From: Actinomycetota bacterium
GTDB taxonomy: Bacteria > Actinomycetota > Coriobacteriia > Anaerosomatales > SLCP01
Assembly: GCA_037446725.1 (NCBI GenBank)
Contig: JBBIIC010000004.1
Span: 74,891-138,890, forward strand
Length of the DNA stretch: 64,000 nt
Direction: 5' to 3'
Part shown: one piece after another, positions 20,086 through 30,456 of the stretch
Layout of the letters: each line of letters starts with the position of its first letter
How positions within the stretch are numbered: position 1 is the first letter of the stretch
Made by a program: the position numbers and the translations under genes
The notes under the pieces: model-generated
What the model was told of the DNA's origin: nothing
Databases searched by the model: none
Seen by the model: only the letters and a program-made list of their open reading frames with translations

Positions 20086-20979
20086 ATGAGCGAACAGCAG
20101 ACAGTGCTCGACGCGTTCCTCGTCAACATCTCGGCCGAGCGCGCGCTGTCCCCGCATACCGTTCGTGCGTATGCGTCCGACCTCGCGCGGTACTTCGAGT
20201 GGGCCGAGCGCTCCCATGTCGATCCGCTGCGGCCAAGCCATCGCGATCTCCGTCGCTACCTGGCATACCTCGATCGTTCGGGCTACGCGCGGCGCACCGT
20301 GGCACGGCGACTGGCAGCGGTGCGTACCTTCATGACCTATCTCGCCGAGCGCGGAACAGTCACGTCGGACCCCTCACGTGTCGTCTCCGCGCCCAAGGTT
20401 CCTCGCCGACTGCCCGCTGTCGTATCCCAGGACGTGCTCCGCACCCTGCTCGACGCTCCCGACGCCAGCACTCCCGTAGGGATCCGCGACCGGGCCGTTC
20501 TTGAGACGCTGTATGCGACCGGCATGCGCGTCTCGGAGCTAGCCGGAATGAGACTCGAGCGCCTGGACCTGCACTCGGGGGGGGTGACGGTGATGGGCAA
20601 GGGGTCCCGGGAGCGCACCCTGCCGCTTCACCCCTACGCGGTGTCGCGAGTGCGCGACTACCTCGAGCGTGGACGACCACATCTGGTCAAGGGAACTGAC
20701 CCGGGTACCGTCTTCCTGTCGACGCGCGGCAACGCGCTGTCGCCGGACGCGATCCGCAGACTGCTGAAACGACACCTCACCGCAACGGGGGCGGCACTCT
20801 CGCTCTCGCCGCACGCGCTGAGGCACACCTTCGCCACGCATCTCCTAGAGGGGGGCGCCGACCTGCGTACGGTGCAGGAACTCCTCGGTCACGTTGCGCT
20901 GTCCACTACCCAGATTTATACTCACGTGAGCATGAGGCGGCTGCAAGACGTACACCGTCAGGCACATCCACGGGCGTGA
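20086..20979 (+). CDS. xerC: Tyrosine recombinase XerC/XerD family
   Basis: TVRAY..DL, ATGMRVSEL, HALRHTFATHLL and LGHVALSTTQIYTHV (R-H-R-Y catalytic set). Confidence 0.9.
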   Translation: MSEQQTVLDAFLVNISAERALSPHTVRAYASDLARYFEWAERSHVDPLRPSHRDLRRYLAYLDRSGYARRTVARRLAAVRTFMTYLAERGTVTSDPSRVVSAPKVPRRLPAVVSQDVLRTLLDAPDASTPVGIRDRAVLETLYATGMRVSELAGMRLERLDLHSGGVTVMGKGSRERTLPLHPYAVSRVRDYLERGRPHLVKGTDPGTVFLSTRGNALSPDAIRRLLKRHLTATGAALSLSPHALRHTFATHLLEGGADLRTVQELLGHVALSTTQIYTHVSMRRLQDVHRQAHPRA

Positions 20980-21007
20980 CTCGCCCGGAGCGAGAGCCGC
21001 GGGCGAG
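20980..21007 (+). terminator. Hairpin immediately after xerC (possible U-tract-less terminator)
   Basis: CTCGCCCG (20980-20987) pairs perfectly with CGGGCGAG (21000-21007) around a 12-nt loop. There is no T-tract. Confidence 0.3.
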
Positions 21008-21019
21008 GGGCGCAAACCT

Positions 21020-21787
21020 ATGAGAAGCGACGCACGGACCGACCTTTCCGGTCTGTGGGCGATATTCAAGGAGACGGGCGATGCTGATGCTCGTGAGCGC
21101 CTCATTCTCAACTACTCTCCGCTGGTCAAGTACGTTGCCGGCCGCGTGTCGGCGACGCTCCCGCAGACCGTCGAAACAGCCGACCTCATCAGCTACGGCC
21201 TGTTCGGCCTGATTGACGCCATCGAGAAGTACGATCCCGAGCGCGGAATCAAGTTCGAGACGTACGCCATCGCCCGGATCAAGGGCGCGATCATCGACGA
21301 GCTCCGCTCCATGGACTGGGTCCCGCGCTCGGTACGTTCGCGCGCCCGCCAGCTCGAGGCCGCCTACGTCGCGCTCGAGATGCGCCTGCGCCGCGCGCCG
21401 ACCGATGCCGAGGTTGCCGAGGAGATGGGCGTCACCGTCGATGAGCTGCGCGACATCCTCTCCAAGCTCTCGTACGCCTCGGTTGTCTCCTTCGAGGAGC
21501 TGTGGTCGGGCGGGGAGCGCGAGGAGCGCTCCGACGGCGCCGCGGCCATCCCGGACCACGATGCCGAAGACCCCGTAGCGATGTTCGAGACCGAGGAGGT
21601 CAAGCACATCCTCGCCGATGCCATCGAGAAGCTGCCGGAGCGCGAGCGGGTCGTTATCACGCTCTACTACTACGAGGGTCTTACGCTGAAGGAGATCGGC
21701 AAGGTGCTCGGTGTCACCGAGTCCCGTGTGAGCCAACTTCACACGAAAGCCGTGCTCAGAATGCGTGCGAAGCTGCACACCTCGTAG
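21020..21787 (+). CDS. Sigma-28-type RNA polymerase sigma factor (FliA/SigD/WhiG family)
   Basis: Region 2 reads [42 protein letters not shown]. Region 4 reads [25 protein letters not shown]. It occupies the same position upstream of rpsB as sigD and whiG. Confidence 0.85.
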   Translation: MRSDARTDLSGLWAIFKETGDADARERLILNYSPLVKYVAGRVSATLPQTVETADLISYGLFGLIDAIEKYDPERGIKFETYAIARIKGAIIDELRSMDWVPRSVRSRARQLEAAYVALEMRLRRAPTDAEVAEEMGVTVDELRDILSKLSYASVVSFEELWSGGEREERSDGAAAIPDHDAEDPVAMFETEEVKHILADAIEKLPERERVVITLYYYEGLTLKEIGKVLGVTESRVSQLHTKAVLRMRAKLHTS

Positions 21788-21808
21788 CGGCGCCACCACT
21801 GCTTCCAC

Positions 21809-21832
21809 CCTCGCATCCCGCCTCGCATCCCG
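21809..21832 (+). repeat. Perfect tandem duplication of the 12-mer CCTCGCATCCCG upstream of the rpsB promoter
   Basis: Positions 21809-21820 and 21821-21832 are identical, read directly from the sequence. Confidence 0.9.
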
Positions 21833-21855
21833 CTGTTCTCGCCCGCGATGCCCTG

Positions 21856-21864
21856 TGCTATGAT
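21856..21864 (+). promoter_or_regulatory. Candidate extended -10 promoter of rpsB-tsf
   Basis: TGcTATGAT at 21856-21864. This implies a leader of about 120 nt before ATG 21991. Confidence 0.45.
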
Positions 21865-21990
21865 ACGCGGGTTCTCATCACACACGCTCGCCGACCCGCC
21901 TGCGGGTGCCCGTGCCGACACGATGCGGCCTGGAGCGCAGGAGAGGGGATGACAGCGGGCGGAGGTACAACCGATCAAGGAGGTAGCACT

Positions 21991-22833
21991 ATGTCCGTTG
22001 TCTCGATGAAGAGCCTTCTCGAGGCCGGTGTCCACTTCGGACACCAGACCCGTCGCTGGAACCCGAAGATGAAGCCCTACATCTTCACCGAGCGTAACGG
22101 GATCTACATCCTCGACTTGCAGCGCACGCTGCGCGAACTCGACACCGCGTATCACTTCGTGCGCGATCTTGCCGCCCGCGGCGAGCACGTCCTGTTCGTC
22201 GGCACCAAGAAGCAGGCCCAGGAGCCCATCGCGTCCGAGGCTGAGCGTTCCGGCAGCCCGTACGTCAACCAGCGTTGGCTTGGCGGCATGCTCACGAACT
22301 TCGTCACCATGCGCACCCGCGTCGACCGCCTCGTCGAACTCGAGACGATGGAAGAGAACGGGACGATGGCGTCGCTCCCCAAGAAGGAGCAGCTTCTACT
22401 CGGCAAGGAGCGCGAGAAGCTCGAGCGCAACCTCTCGGGAGTTCGGGACATGAAGAGCCTTCCCGGCGCTGTCTTCGTCATCGACACCAAGCGTGAGGCC
22501 ATCGCGGTCGCCGAAGCCCGACGCCTGAGGATCCCGATTATCGGGCTTGCCGACACCAACGCCGATCCCGATGAGATCGACTACATCATCCCCGGCAACG
22601 ATGACGCCATCCGTTCCGTGACGCTCATGTCCCGCGTCATCGCCGATGCCGTCATCGAGGGCCGTGCGGCGCTCGAGGGCCCGCGCGTGACGGAGACCGC
22701 CGAGCGCCCGGCGCCTGCGGTTGTCGAGGCCGTCGTCGAGCCGGCACCCGAGGCGCCCGTTGCTGAAGCGGCTGCCGAGCCCGTCGCAGAGGCTTCCGCC
22801 GAGGCCGGAGAGACAACCCCCGCCGCCGAGTAG
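21991..22833 (+). CDS. rpsB: 30S ribosomal protein S2 with an Ala/Glu/Pro/Val-rich C-terminal tail
   Basis: [27 protein letters not shown] is the canonical S2 N-terminus. An AAGGAGG RBS lies upstream. The 163-aa upstream extension of the track ORF is rejected. Confidence 0.96.
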   Translation: MSVVSMKSLLEAGVHFGHQTRRWNPKMKPYIFTERNGIYILDLQRTLRELDTAYHFVRDLAARGEHVLFVGTKKQAQEPIASEAERSGSPYVNQRWLGGMLTNFVTMRTRVDRLVELETMEENGTMASLPKKEQLLLGKEREKLERNLSGVRDMKSLPGAVFVIDTKREAIAVAEARRLRIPIIGLADTNADPDEIDYIIPGNDDAIRSVTLMSRVIADAVIEGRAALEGPRVTETAERPAPAVVEAVVEPAPEAPVAEAAAEPVAEASAEAGETTPAAE

Positions 22834-22889
22834 CATCGGCGCACCACATCCCGTCGTACCAAGACTTCGATCACTGGAGGTAGCCGCAC

Positions 22890-23789
22890 ATGGCTGACAT
22901 CACCGCCACAATGGTCAAGGACCTGCGCGAGTGCACCGGCGCGGGCATGATGGACTGCAAGAAGGCGCTCACCGAGGCCGAGGGCGACATGGACGCCGCG
23001 GTCGATATCCTGCGCACCAAGGGTCTCGCCGCCCTTGCCAAGAAGGCCGGCCGCGCCACGAACGAAGGTGTCGTCGGCGGCTTGGTCGCGAATGACGGGC
23101 GTACCGGCGTGCTCGTGGAGGTGAACTGCGAGACCGATTTCGTCGCGCGCAACTCCGACTTCAAGGCGTTCGTGAGTGACATCGCCGCCCACATCGCTGC
23201 CACCGCGCCTGCAGACGTCCCGGCGCTGCTCGCGCAGGACTACGTCGCCCGGCCCGAGGTGACCGTCGAGCAGTTCCTCGGCGAAACCGTCGGCAAGCTC
23301 GGCGAGAACATGGGCATCAGCCGGTTCGCCCGCTACGAGCTCGGCTCCCAAGCGGGTGCGATCACCGTCTACATCCACGGTGTGGGCAACATCGGTGTCA
23401 TGGTCGAGATCGCCGCCGGGGATGCCGCGGCTGTCGCCTCGGACGTGTTCGCGGCGGTTGCGAAGGACATCGCGATGCAGATCGCTGCCGCTGCTCCCAT
23501 CTCGGTGACCCGCAACGAGGTCCCTGCCGGCGTCGTGGCCCACGAGATGGAGATCTACAAGGCGCAGGCCGCTGAGTCGGGCAAGCCCGAGCAGATCCGG
23601 GAGAAGATCGCCACCGGCCGGCTCGAGAAGTACTACAAGGAAGTCTGCTTGCTCGAGCAGGACTTCGTGAAGAACCCCGACGTCACGGTGAAGGCTCACC
23701 TGGACGCCACAGCCAAGAACCTCGGCACCACGCTCGAGGTCGTGCGATTCGAGCGGTTCGTGCTCGGTGAGACTGCTTCAGCCGAGTAA
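22890..23789 (+). CDS. tsf: Elongation factor Ts
   Basis: The product reads ITATMVKDLRE.TGAGMMDCKKAL.EA.GD.D.A...LR..G, canonical EF-Ts. Confidence 0.96.
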   Translation: MADITATMVKDLRECTGAGMMDCKKALTEAEGDMDAAVDILRTKGLAALAKKAGRATNEGVVGGLVANDGRTGVLVEVNCETDFVARNSDFKAFVSDIAAHIAATAPADVPALLAQDYVARPEVTVEQFLGETVGKLGENMGISRFARYELGSQAGAITVYIHGVGNIGVMVEIAAGDAAAVASDVFAAVAKDIAMQIAAAAPISVTRNEVPAGVVAHEMEIYKAQAAESGKPEQIREKIATGRLEKYYKEVCLLEQDFVKNPDVTVKAHLDATAKNLGTTLEVVRFERFVLGETASAE

Positions 23790-23832
23790 TCGATGTACCC
23801 GCTCACGGTGGTCAGTAACCGCCGTGTGACAA

Positions 23833-23863
23833 CGCGGGCCGGCGCCCCGGGCGCCGGCCCGCG
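23833..23863 (+). terminator. Strong hairpin terminator after tsf
   Basis: A perfect 14-bp stem, CGCGGGCCGGCGCC / GGCGCCGGCCCGCG, with a 3-nt loop, followed by TGCTGTATGCTATT. Confidence 0.6.
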
Positions 23864-23908
23864 TGCTGTATGCTATTGAGGATGTGCGGACGTCGGGCCG
23901 TGCTTTGA

Positions 23909-25200
<1,292 letters not shown>

Positions 25201-25205
25201 GCATC

Positions 25206-25982
25206 TTGGCCCCCTCAACGGAGTCCCGCGCCCGGTTCTTCGCGGACGCCTCCGGGCCCGGACTGCTCGAGCGCCTCGACCCGGATCTCGTGCCGCGCCA
25301 CGTCGCGGTCATCATGGACGGCAACGGCCGGTGGGCCGCGGCCCGCAACCTGCCCCGCGTGGCCGGCCATCGCGCCGGCGCCAAGGCAGTGCGCGAGCTG
25401 ATCGCGGGCTCGATCGAACTCGGAATCGAGTACCTCACCGTCTACTCCTTCAGTTCGGAGAACTGGTCGCGTCCAGCCGACGAGGTCTCCGGACTGATGC
25501 GCCTGTTCGTGGAGGTCCTCGAACGAGAGCTCGCGAATCTCGAGAAGATGCGGGTCCGCGTGCTCGTGATAGGTGATCTCGAAGCACTCCCGGCTGAGAC
25601 CGCGCAGGCGTTCCGCAACACCGTCGAACGAACGGCCGACAACCGGGCGCTCACGCTGGTGGTCGCACTCAACTACGGTGGCCGTGCCGAGATCGTGGGG
25701 GCAGCGCGCGCCATCGCTCGGGAAGCGGTTGCCAGCGAGCTCGACCCGGAAGCGATCGACGATACCGTCTTCGCGGCGCACCTCCATCAACCGGCGGTGC
25801 CTGACCCCGATCTGCTCGTGCGCACCAGTGGTGAGATGAGGGTCTCGAACTTCCTGCTGTGGCAGATCGCCTACAGCGAGATCTGGGTGACGGACACGCT
25901 CTGGCCGGACTTCGACCGGTACGAGCTGCTGCGCGCGGTCACCGAGTTCCAGTCCCGAGAGCGCCGCTTCGGGGGGAGGTAG
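25206..25982 (+). CDS. uppS: Undecaprenyl-diphosphate synthase (cis-prenyltransferase)
   Basis: HVAVIMDGNGRWA, FSSENW.RP, RTSGE.R.SNFLLWQ.AY.E motifs. Confidence 0.93.
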   Translation: MAPSTESRARFFADASGPGLLERLDPDLVPRHVAVIMDGNGRWAAARNLPRVAGHRAGAKAVRELIAGSIELGIEYLTVYSFSSENWSRPADEVSGLMRLFVEVLERELANLEKMRVRVLVIGDLEALPAETAQAFRNTVERTADNRALTLVVALNYGGRAEIVGAARAIAREAVASELDPEAIDDTVFAAHLHQPAVPDPDLLVRTSGEMRVSNFLLWQIAYSEIWVTDTLWPDFDRYELLRAVTEFQSRERRFGGR

Positions 25983-25985
25983 TCG

Positions 25986-26810
25986 ATGGGCGCCGCATCC
26001 CGAAGCCCGTTCTCCACCCTCGGCCTGCGGATACTGACGGGGGTGGTCTACGGTGTCGTGCTGCTCTCCACGATTGTCTGGGGCGGCGTCCTCGGCCTCG
26101 CACTACTCCTCTCGCTGCTCGGGGGGCTCGCCGTATCCGAGTTCTTCCGCATCACCCGCAGGGAACGCCGGCACGTCGCCGAGTTCTGCGGCGTCTCTGC
26201 TGTCGTCGCCATGCCGCTTGCGACCGTAGCCCTGGGCATCTCGGCGCTGCTCGCGGTGACGACCGTGCTCGTCGTCGCTGCGATACTGTGGCATGTGGCC
26301 TACCTCAACCTGCGGATAGGCGACACCGCGGTCGCGGTCACCGGAACGCTCTACGTCGGCTTCACGCTTGCCCATCTCATCCTCATCCGCTCGCTCGAAG
26401 ACGGCATCATCCTCCTTCTCGCGGTGCTCGTGAGCGTATGGGCGAGTGACGTGCTCGCGTACTTCGTGGGGTCCCTGATCGGGTCTCACAAGCTCGCTCC
26501 GCGCATCTCGCCCAACAAGTCCTGGGAGGGGTTCGCCGCCGGTGCAGCAGGTACGGTCGCAGTCTGGCTCCTCCTGCCGCTCGTCACCGACATTTGGATG
26601 CCGATCGAGTTCCTGGTCCTGATCGGCCTGCTCATCGCCGTAGCGGCGCTTGCCGGGGACCTGTTCGAGTCGCGCATCAAGCGTGAGGTCGGCGTCAAGG
26701 ACTCCGGCGAGCTACTCCCGGGCCACGGCGGCATGCTCGATCGCATAGACAGCCTCCTGCTCGTCAGCCTAGTCGCTTACTACGGGCTGCTGGCGGGGGG
26801 CGCGCGATGA
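25986..26810 (+). CDS. cdsA: Phosphatidate cytidylyltransferase
   Basis: Polytopic membrane protein with KSWEGF..G and PGHGGMLDRIDS signature motifs. Confidence 0.9.
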   Translation: MGAASRSPFSTLGLRILTGVVYGVVLLSTIVWGGVLGLALLLSLLGGLAVSEFFRITRRERRHVAEFCGVSAVVAMPLATVALGISALLAVTTVLVVAAILWHVAYLNLRIGDTAVAVTGTLYVGFTLAHLILIRSLEDGIILLLAVLVSVWASDVLAYFVGSLIGSHKLAPRISPNKSWEGFAAGAAGTVAVWLLLPLVTDIWMPIEFLVLIGLLIAVAALAGDLFESRIKREVGVKDSGELLPGHGGMLDRIDSLLLVSLVAYYGLLAGGAR

Positions 26811-27958
26811 GCGGTCCTCTGCGGGTCGCCATTCTCGGCTCGACCGGTTCGATCGGTCGTCAAGCGCTTGAGGTGGCGGAGCGGATGCCCGAGCGCGTGC
26901 GGGTCGTCGCGCTTGCGGCCAACACCGACCACGAGACACTCGTCTCTCAGGCGAGACGGTTCCGCCCCGTCGCCGTGGCATTGGCCGACGAAACTGCCGC
27001 TCGGGCCACCGCCGGCATGCTCCCGGGCGTGGATGTCGCGACGGGCGCTGAGGGAGTGACCGCCCTCGCATCTCAACCCGAAGTCGATCTCGTGCTCAAC
27101 GCCCTCGTCGGTGCCGCCGGTCTGCGCACCACCATCGCCACCCTGTCATCGGGCAAACGTCTGGCACTCGCCAACAAGGAGTCACTCGTCGTCGGAGGCG
27201 ATCTCGTCACGTCGTTGGCGGGTCCGGGCACCATCCTTCCGGTGGACTCCGAGCACTCCGCGATCTACCAGTGTCTTCTCGGCGAGGACCCCCGTGACGT
27301 CGTGCGGATCTGGCTCACCGCCTCGGGCGGGCCGTTCAGAGGACGTGACCGGACGTACCTTCAACACGTCACCGCAGAGCAAGCGCTCTCGCACCCGACG
27401 TGGGCGATGGGTCCCAAGATCACCATCGACTCGGCAACTCTCATGAACAAGGGTCTGGAGGCCATAGAGGCGCACCACCTCTTTGGCGTCGGCTACGACA
27501 CAATCTCGATCGTGGTTCACCCGCAGTCGTGCATCCACTCGATGGTCGAGTACGCGGACGGTTCGGTGAAGGCCCACCTCGGCGCGACCGACATGCGCAT
27601 CCCCATCCAGTACGCATTCAGCCACCCGCGACGGTGGGAGACCCCCACAGCGCCGGTCGACTTCACGACTCTCGGCTCGCTCGACTTCGAGCCGCCGGAC
27701 CTTGAGACCTTCCGCTGTCTCACGCTTGCGCTTGAGGCCGGCCGCGAAGGAGGGACGCTGCCCGCGGCGATGAACGCCGCCAACGAGGTCGCGGTCGACG
27801 CCTTCCTCAAGGGGCGGTGTGCGCTCACCGATATCGACCGTGTGGTCGATTCGGTGATGTCGGTGCATGCGACCGAGCCACTCCGCTCAGTCGAGCAGGT
27901 CGAGACGGTAGACGTGTGGGCGCGCGGAGCCGCACTGGAGGCGCTCGGCCGACGGTAG
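26807..27958 (+). CDS. dxr: 1-deoxy-D-xylulose-5-phosphate reductoisomerase
   Basis: ILGSTGSIG, LANKESLV, PVDSEHSAI.QC and SHP.W.MG.KITIDSAT.MNKGLE motifs. Confidence 0.95.
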   Translation: MSGPLRVAILGSTGSIGRQALEVAERMPERVRVVALAANTDHETLVSQARRFRPVAVALADETAARATAGMLPGVDVATGAEGVTALASQPEVDLVLNALVGAAGLRTTIATLSSGKRLALANKESLVVGGDLVTSLAGPGTILPVDSEHSAIYQCLLGEDPRDVVRIWLTASGGPFRGRDRTYLQHVTAEQALSHPTWAMGPKITIDSATLMNKGLEAIEAHHLFGVGYDTISIVVHPQSCIHSMVEYADGSVKAHLGATDMRIPIQYAFSHPRRWETPTAPVDFTTLGSLDFEPPDLETFRCLTLALEAGREGGTLPAAMNAANEVAVDAFLKGRCALTDIDRVVDSVMSVHATEPLRSVEQVETVDVWARGAALEALGRR

Positions 27959-28027
27959 CCGCCCCTGGCGCGGTGTTTGCACCTCACGGCTGCACGCAGC
28001 AGACGATGACGATTCGAAAGGGCCTCG

Positions 28028-29293
28028 ATGACTGACGCCGGCTCGACCATTCTCTGGGGCATCCTGACCTTCTCCATCCTCGTGGTCATCCACGAGGGAG
28101 GGCACTTCCTCGCCGCGCGGGCGTTCGGGGTCAAGGTCCACGAGTTCATGATCGGGCTCCCGGGTCCGGCGCTCAGGGTCCGCAGCAAGAAGACTGGGAC
28201 GGCATTCGGCATCACGGCCGTTCCCCTCGGCGGCTACGTCCGGATCGCCGGGATGGAGCCCGGGCCTGAGGACGAGCTGCTCGGCGCGGCGCTCAAGGCA
28301 GCGACCATCGCCCGCAGAACCGATGCGAATCGGCTTGCCGCTGACATCGGCATCGACGTCGAGCGCGCCGCGCGGCTCCTGGCCACGCTCGCCGACTGGG
28401 GAGCACTCGAGCCCGCGACAGACGACGAGGTCTCCTACCTTGCAGTCCTCGAGGCCGACGATGCCACCGACGCGGTTACCCTGCTCGATTCCGCACGCTC
28501 GGTGACCTACCGTGCACTCTCCAAGCCCAAGCGCATCACCGTGCTCTCGATGGGCGTGCTGGCCAACCTGTTGACCGCACTGCTCGTCTTCACGACGGTG
28601 TTGAGCGTCTGGGGTTACTACACTCAGTCGCTCACTCTCTACGACGTGGCGGCGGATTCAGGCGCCGAGGAGGCAGGTCTGCTTCCCGGCGACCGCATCG
28701 TCGCCATCGACGGTGAGGATCTCGCTGACTGGACGGCGCTCACCACTGTGGTCGCCGCAACGCAGCCCGGCGACTTGGTCGAGGTCGTCTATGTCCGGGA
28801 CGGCGTCACAGCCAGCACCATCGCGGTTATCACCGAGTCCGAGCAGGGCGCCCCGGTGCTCGGAGTCGTCTCCGACGTCGAACAGATCAACCCGACAGTC
28901 GGCGAGGCGGCCCTGGAGAGCGTGAGGCTCACCGGGATGGTCTTCGCCGCGATCGGCCGGTTCTTCTCGCCCGAAACATTTGAGGAGTCTGTCGAAGGCG
29001 CCCGCAGCATCGTCGGCATCTCCGTCGAGGTCGCCGAGGCCGCCCGCAGCGGTCCGCTCAGTTATGCCTGGATCGTCGCGCTGCTCTCGCTCTCGCTCGG
29101 TGTCATGAACATCCTGCCCATACCGCCGCTCGACGGCGGCAAAGTCGCCATCGAGATCGTCGAGGCGGTTGCGCGACGGCCGCTGGGCAGGCGGTTCTCG
29201 CTCGGCCTGAGCCTGTCCGGAGCGGTGCTGCTCTTCTCGCTCATCGGCTATCTCATGTACGCTGACGTCGTCAGATACTTCATCGAAGGCTGA
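28028..29293 (+). CDS. rseP: RIP site-2 metalloprotease RseP/Rip1 family
   Basis: HEGGH (HExxH) lies in the first TM region. There is a central PDZ (GLLPGDRIVAIDGE) and a C-terminal NILPIPPLDGG motif. Confidence 0.9.
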   Translation: MTDAGSTILWGILTFSILVVIHEGGHFLAARAFGVKVHEFMIGLPGPALRVRSKKTGTAFGITAVPLGGYVRIAGMEPGPEDELLGAALKAATIARRTDANRLAADIGIDVERAARLLATLADWGALEPATDDEVSYLAVLEADDATDAVTLLDSARSVTYRALSKPKRITVLSMGVLANLLTALLVFTTVLSVWGYYTQSLTLYDVAADSGAEEAGLLPGDRIVAIDGEDLADWTALTTVVAATQPGDLVEVVYVRDGVTASTIAVITESEQGAPVLGVVSDVEQINPTVGEAALESVRLTGMVFAAIGRFFSPETFEESVEGARSIVGISVEVAEAARSGPLSYAWIVALLSLSLGVMNILPIPPLDGGKVAIEIVEAVARRPLGRRFSLGLSLSGAVLLFSLIGYLMYADVVRYFIEG

Positions 29294-29306
29294 GGGAGGT
29301 CGTCGG

Positions 29307-30365
29307 ATGACCGAAAGGCGCGAGACGCGGCCGGTGATGGTCGGCGGCGTCGCGATCGGAGGACGCGCCCCGGTGACGGTGCAGTCCATGACCACCACCG
29401 ACACGCGGGACCCGGACGCCACCCTCACCCAGATCGGTGCTCTGGCCGAGGTCGGGTGCGAGGTAGTCCGTGTAGCAATCCCGCGAATCGACGCGCTCGA
29501 AGGCTTCGAGGCGGTTTGCGAGTCCTCGCCGCTCCCGGTCGTGGCCGACGTGCACTTCGACCACACGATCGCTATCGAAGCAGCACGCCGCGGCGCCGCG
29601 AAGCTCCGGATCAATCCGGGCAACATCGGCGATATGGCACGCGTCGACGCCGTCATCGACGCCGCCGGTGAGGCCGGCATCCCCATCCGCATCGGGGTCA
29701 ATGCCGGCTCTCTCGCCGACGAGTACCGGGACCGGGACTGGCCGCTCGCCGACAAGCTCGTCGCCAGTGCCGTCGCCTTCTGCGAGCACTTCGAGAGTCG
29801 CGGCTTCTCCGACATCGTGGTCTCGGCTAAGGCATCGAGCGTCGTCTCGACGGTCGATGCCTATCGTACCCTCGCGGACAGACTCCCGTACCCGCTGCAC
29901 ATCGGCGTCACTGAGGCCGGGACGTCGCTCGCCGGCACAGTGAAGTCGAGCGTGGGGCTCGGGATCCTCCTCGCAGAAGGGATCGGCGACACCTTGAGGG
30001 TCTCGCTCACCGCTGACCCCGTCGACGAAGTCCTCGTCGGCTGGGAGATCCTCGCTGCCCTCGACCTGCGCCGCCGCTCTCCGGAGCTCGTGAGCTGCCC
30101 GACCTGCGGGCGGTGCGAGGTCGACCTCATCCCGATCGCGTGCGAGGTCGAGAGGCGCCTGCGCGGACGCCGCGCCGGCCTGAAGGTCGCCGTCATGGGG
30201 TGCGTGGTCAACGGGCCCGGAGAGGCACGCGAGGCAGACATCGGTGTAGCCGCCGGCAGGGGAGTGGGCGTGCTCTTCGCGAAGGGTAAGCCCCTGCGCA
30301 AGGTACCCGAAGCCGAGATAGTCGATGCGCTGATGGAGGAGTTCGACGCCCTCGAACGGCAGTAG
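29307..30365 (+). CDS. ispG: HMBPP synthase (GcpE)
   Basis: VQSMT.T.T.D, LRINPGN.G, and C-terminal SCPTCGR...GCVVNGPGE (Fe-S Cys ligands). Confidence 0.95.
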   Translation: MTERRETRPVMVGGVAIGGRAPVTVQSMTTTDTRDPDATLTQIGALAEVGCEVVRVAIPRIDALEGFEAVCESSPLPVVADVHFDHTIAIEAARRGAAKLRINPGNIGDMARVDAVIDAAGEAGIPIRIGVNAGSLADEYRDRDWPLADKLVASAVAFCEHFESRGFSDIVVSAKASSVVSTVDAYRTLADRLPYPLHIGVTEAGTSLAGTVKSSVGLGILLAEGIGDTLRVSLTADPVDEVLVGWEILAALDLRRRSPELVSCPTCGRCEVDLIPIACEVERRLRGRRAGLKVAVMGCVVNGPGEAREADIGVAAGRGVGVLFAKGKPLRKVPEAEIVDALMEEFDALERQ

Positions 30366-30456
30366 GCACCCCGCTCCCCTCGCAGCGCGCATGCGGTATC
30401 CTGTCACGCGACACATCGCGTCGCCCGCCACCCATCACACAGGAAGCGAGCGCCCC

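Noticed and set aside
20086-20979. The tyrosine recombinase as a marker of an integrated mobile element.
   Set aside because: The sequence and context (after trmFO, in a housekeeping backbone) fit chromosomal XerC/CodV. There is no adjacent tRNA, no direct repeats, no phage or plasmid genes and no compositional shift.
21502-21990. N-terminal extensions suggested by the longest-ORF track. The affected genes are rpsB (from 21502), comM (from 15951), trmFO (from 18519), dprA (from 17648), frr (from 24388), the M16 peptidase (from 42463), nrnA (from 37020), rpsP, rplS, dapA and recA.
   Set aside because: The extensions overlap the upstream gene or cross promoter and terminator elements, are Arg/Pro-rich, and lack homology. 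Canonical N-termini with RBS-like sequences or stop-start overlaps occur at the internal starts I used.
30366-30456. A T-box leader upstream of proS.
   Set aside because: The gap is only about 90 nt, too short for a T-box. No specifier-loop or T-box sequence is evident.
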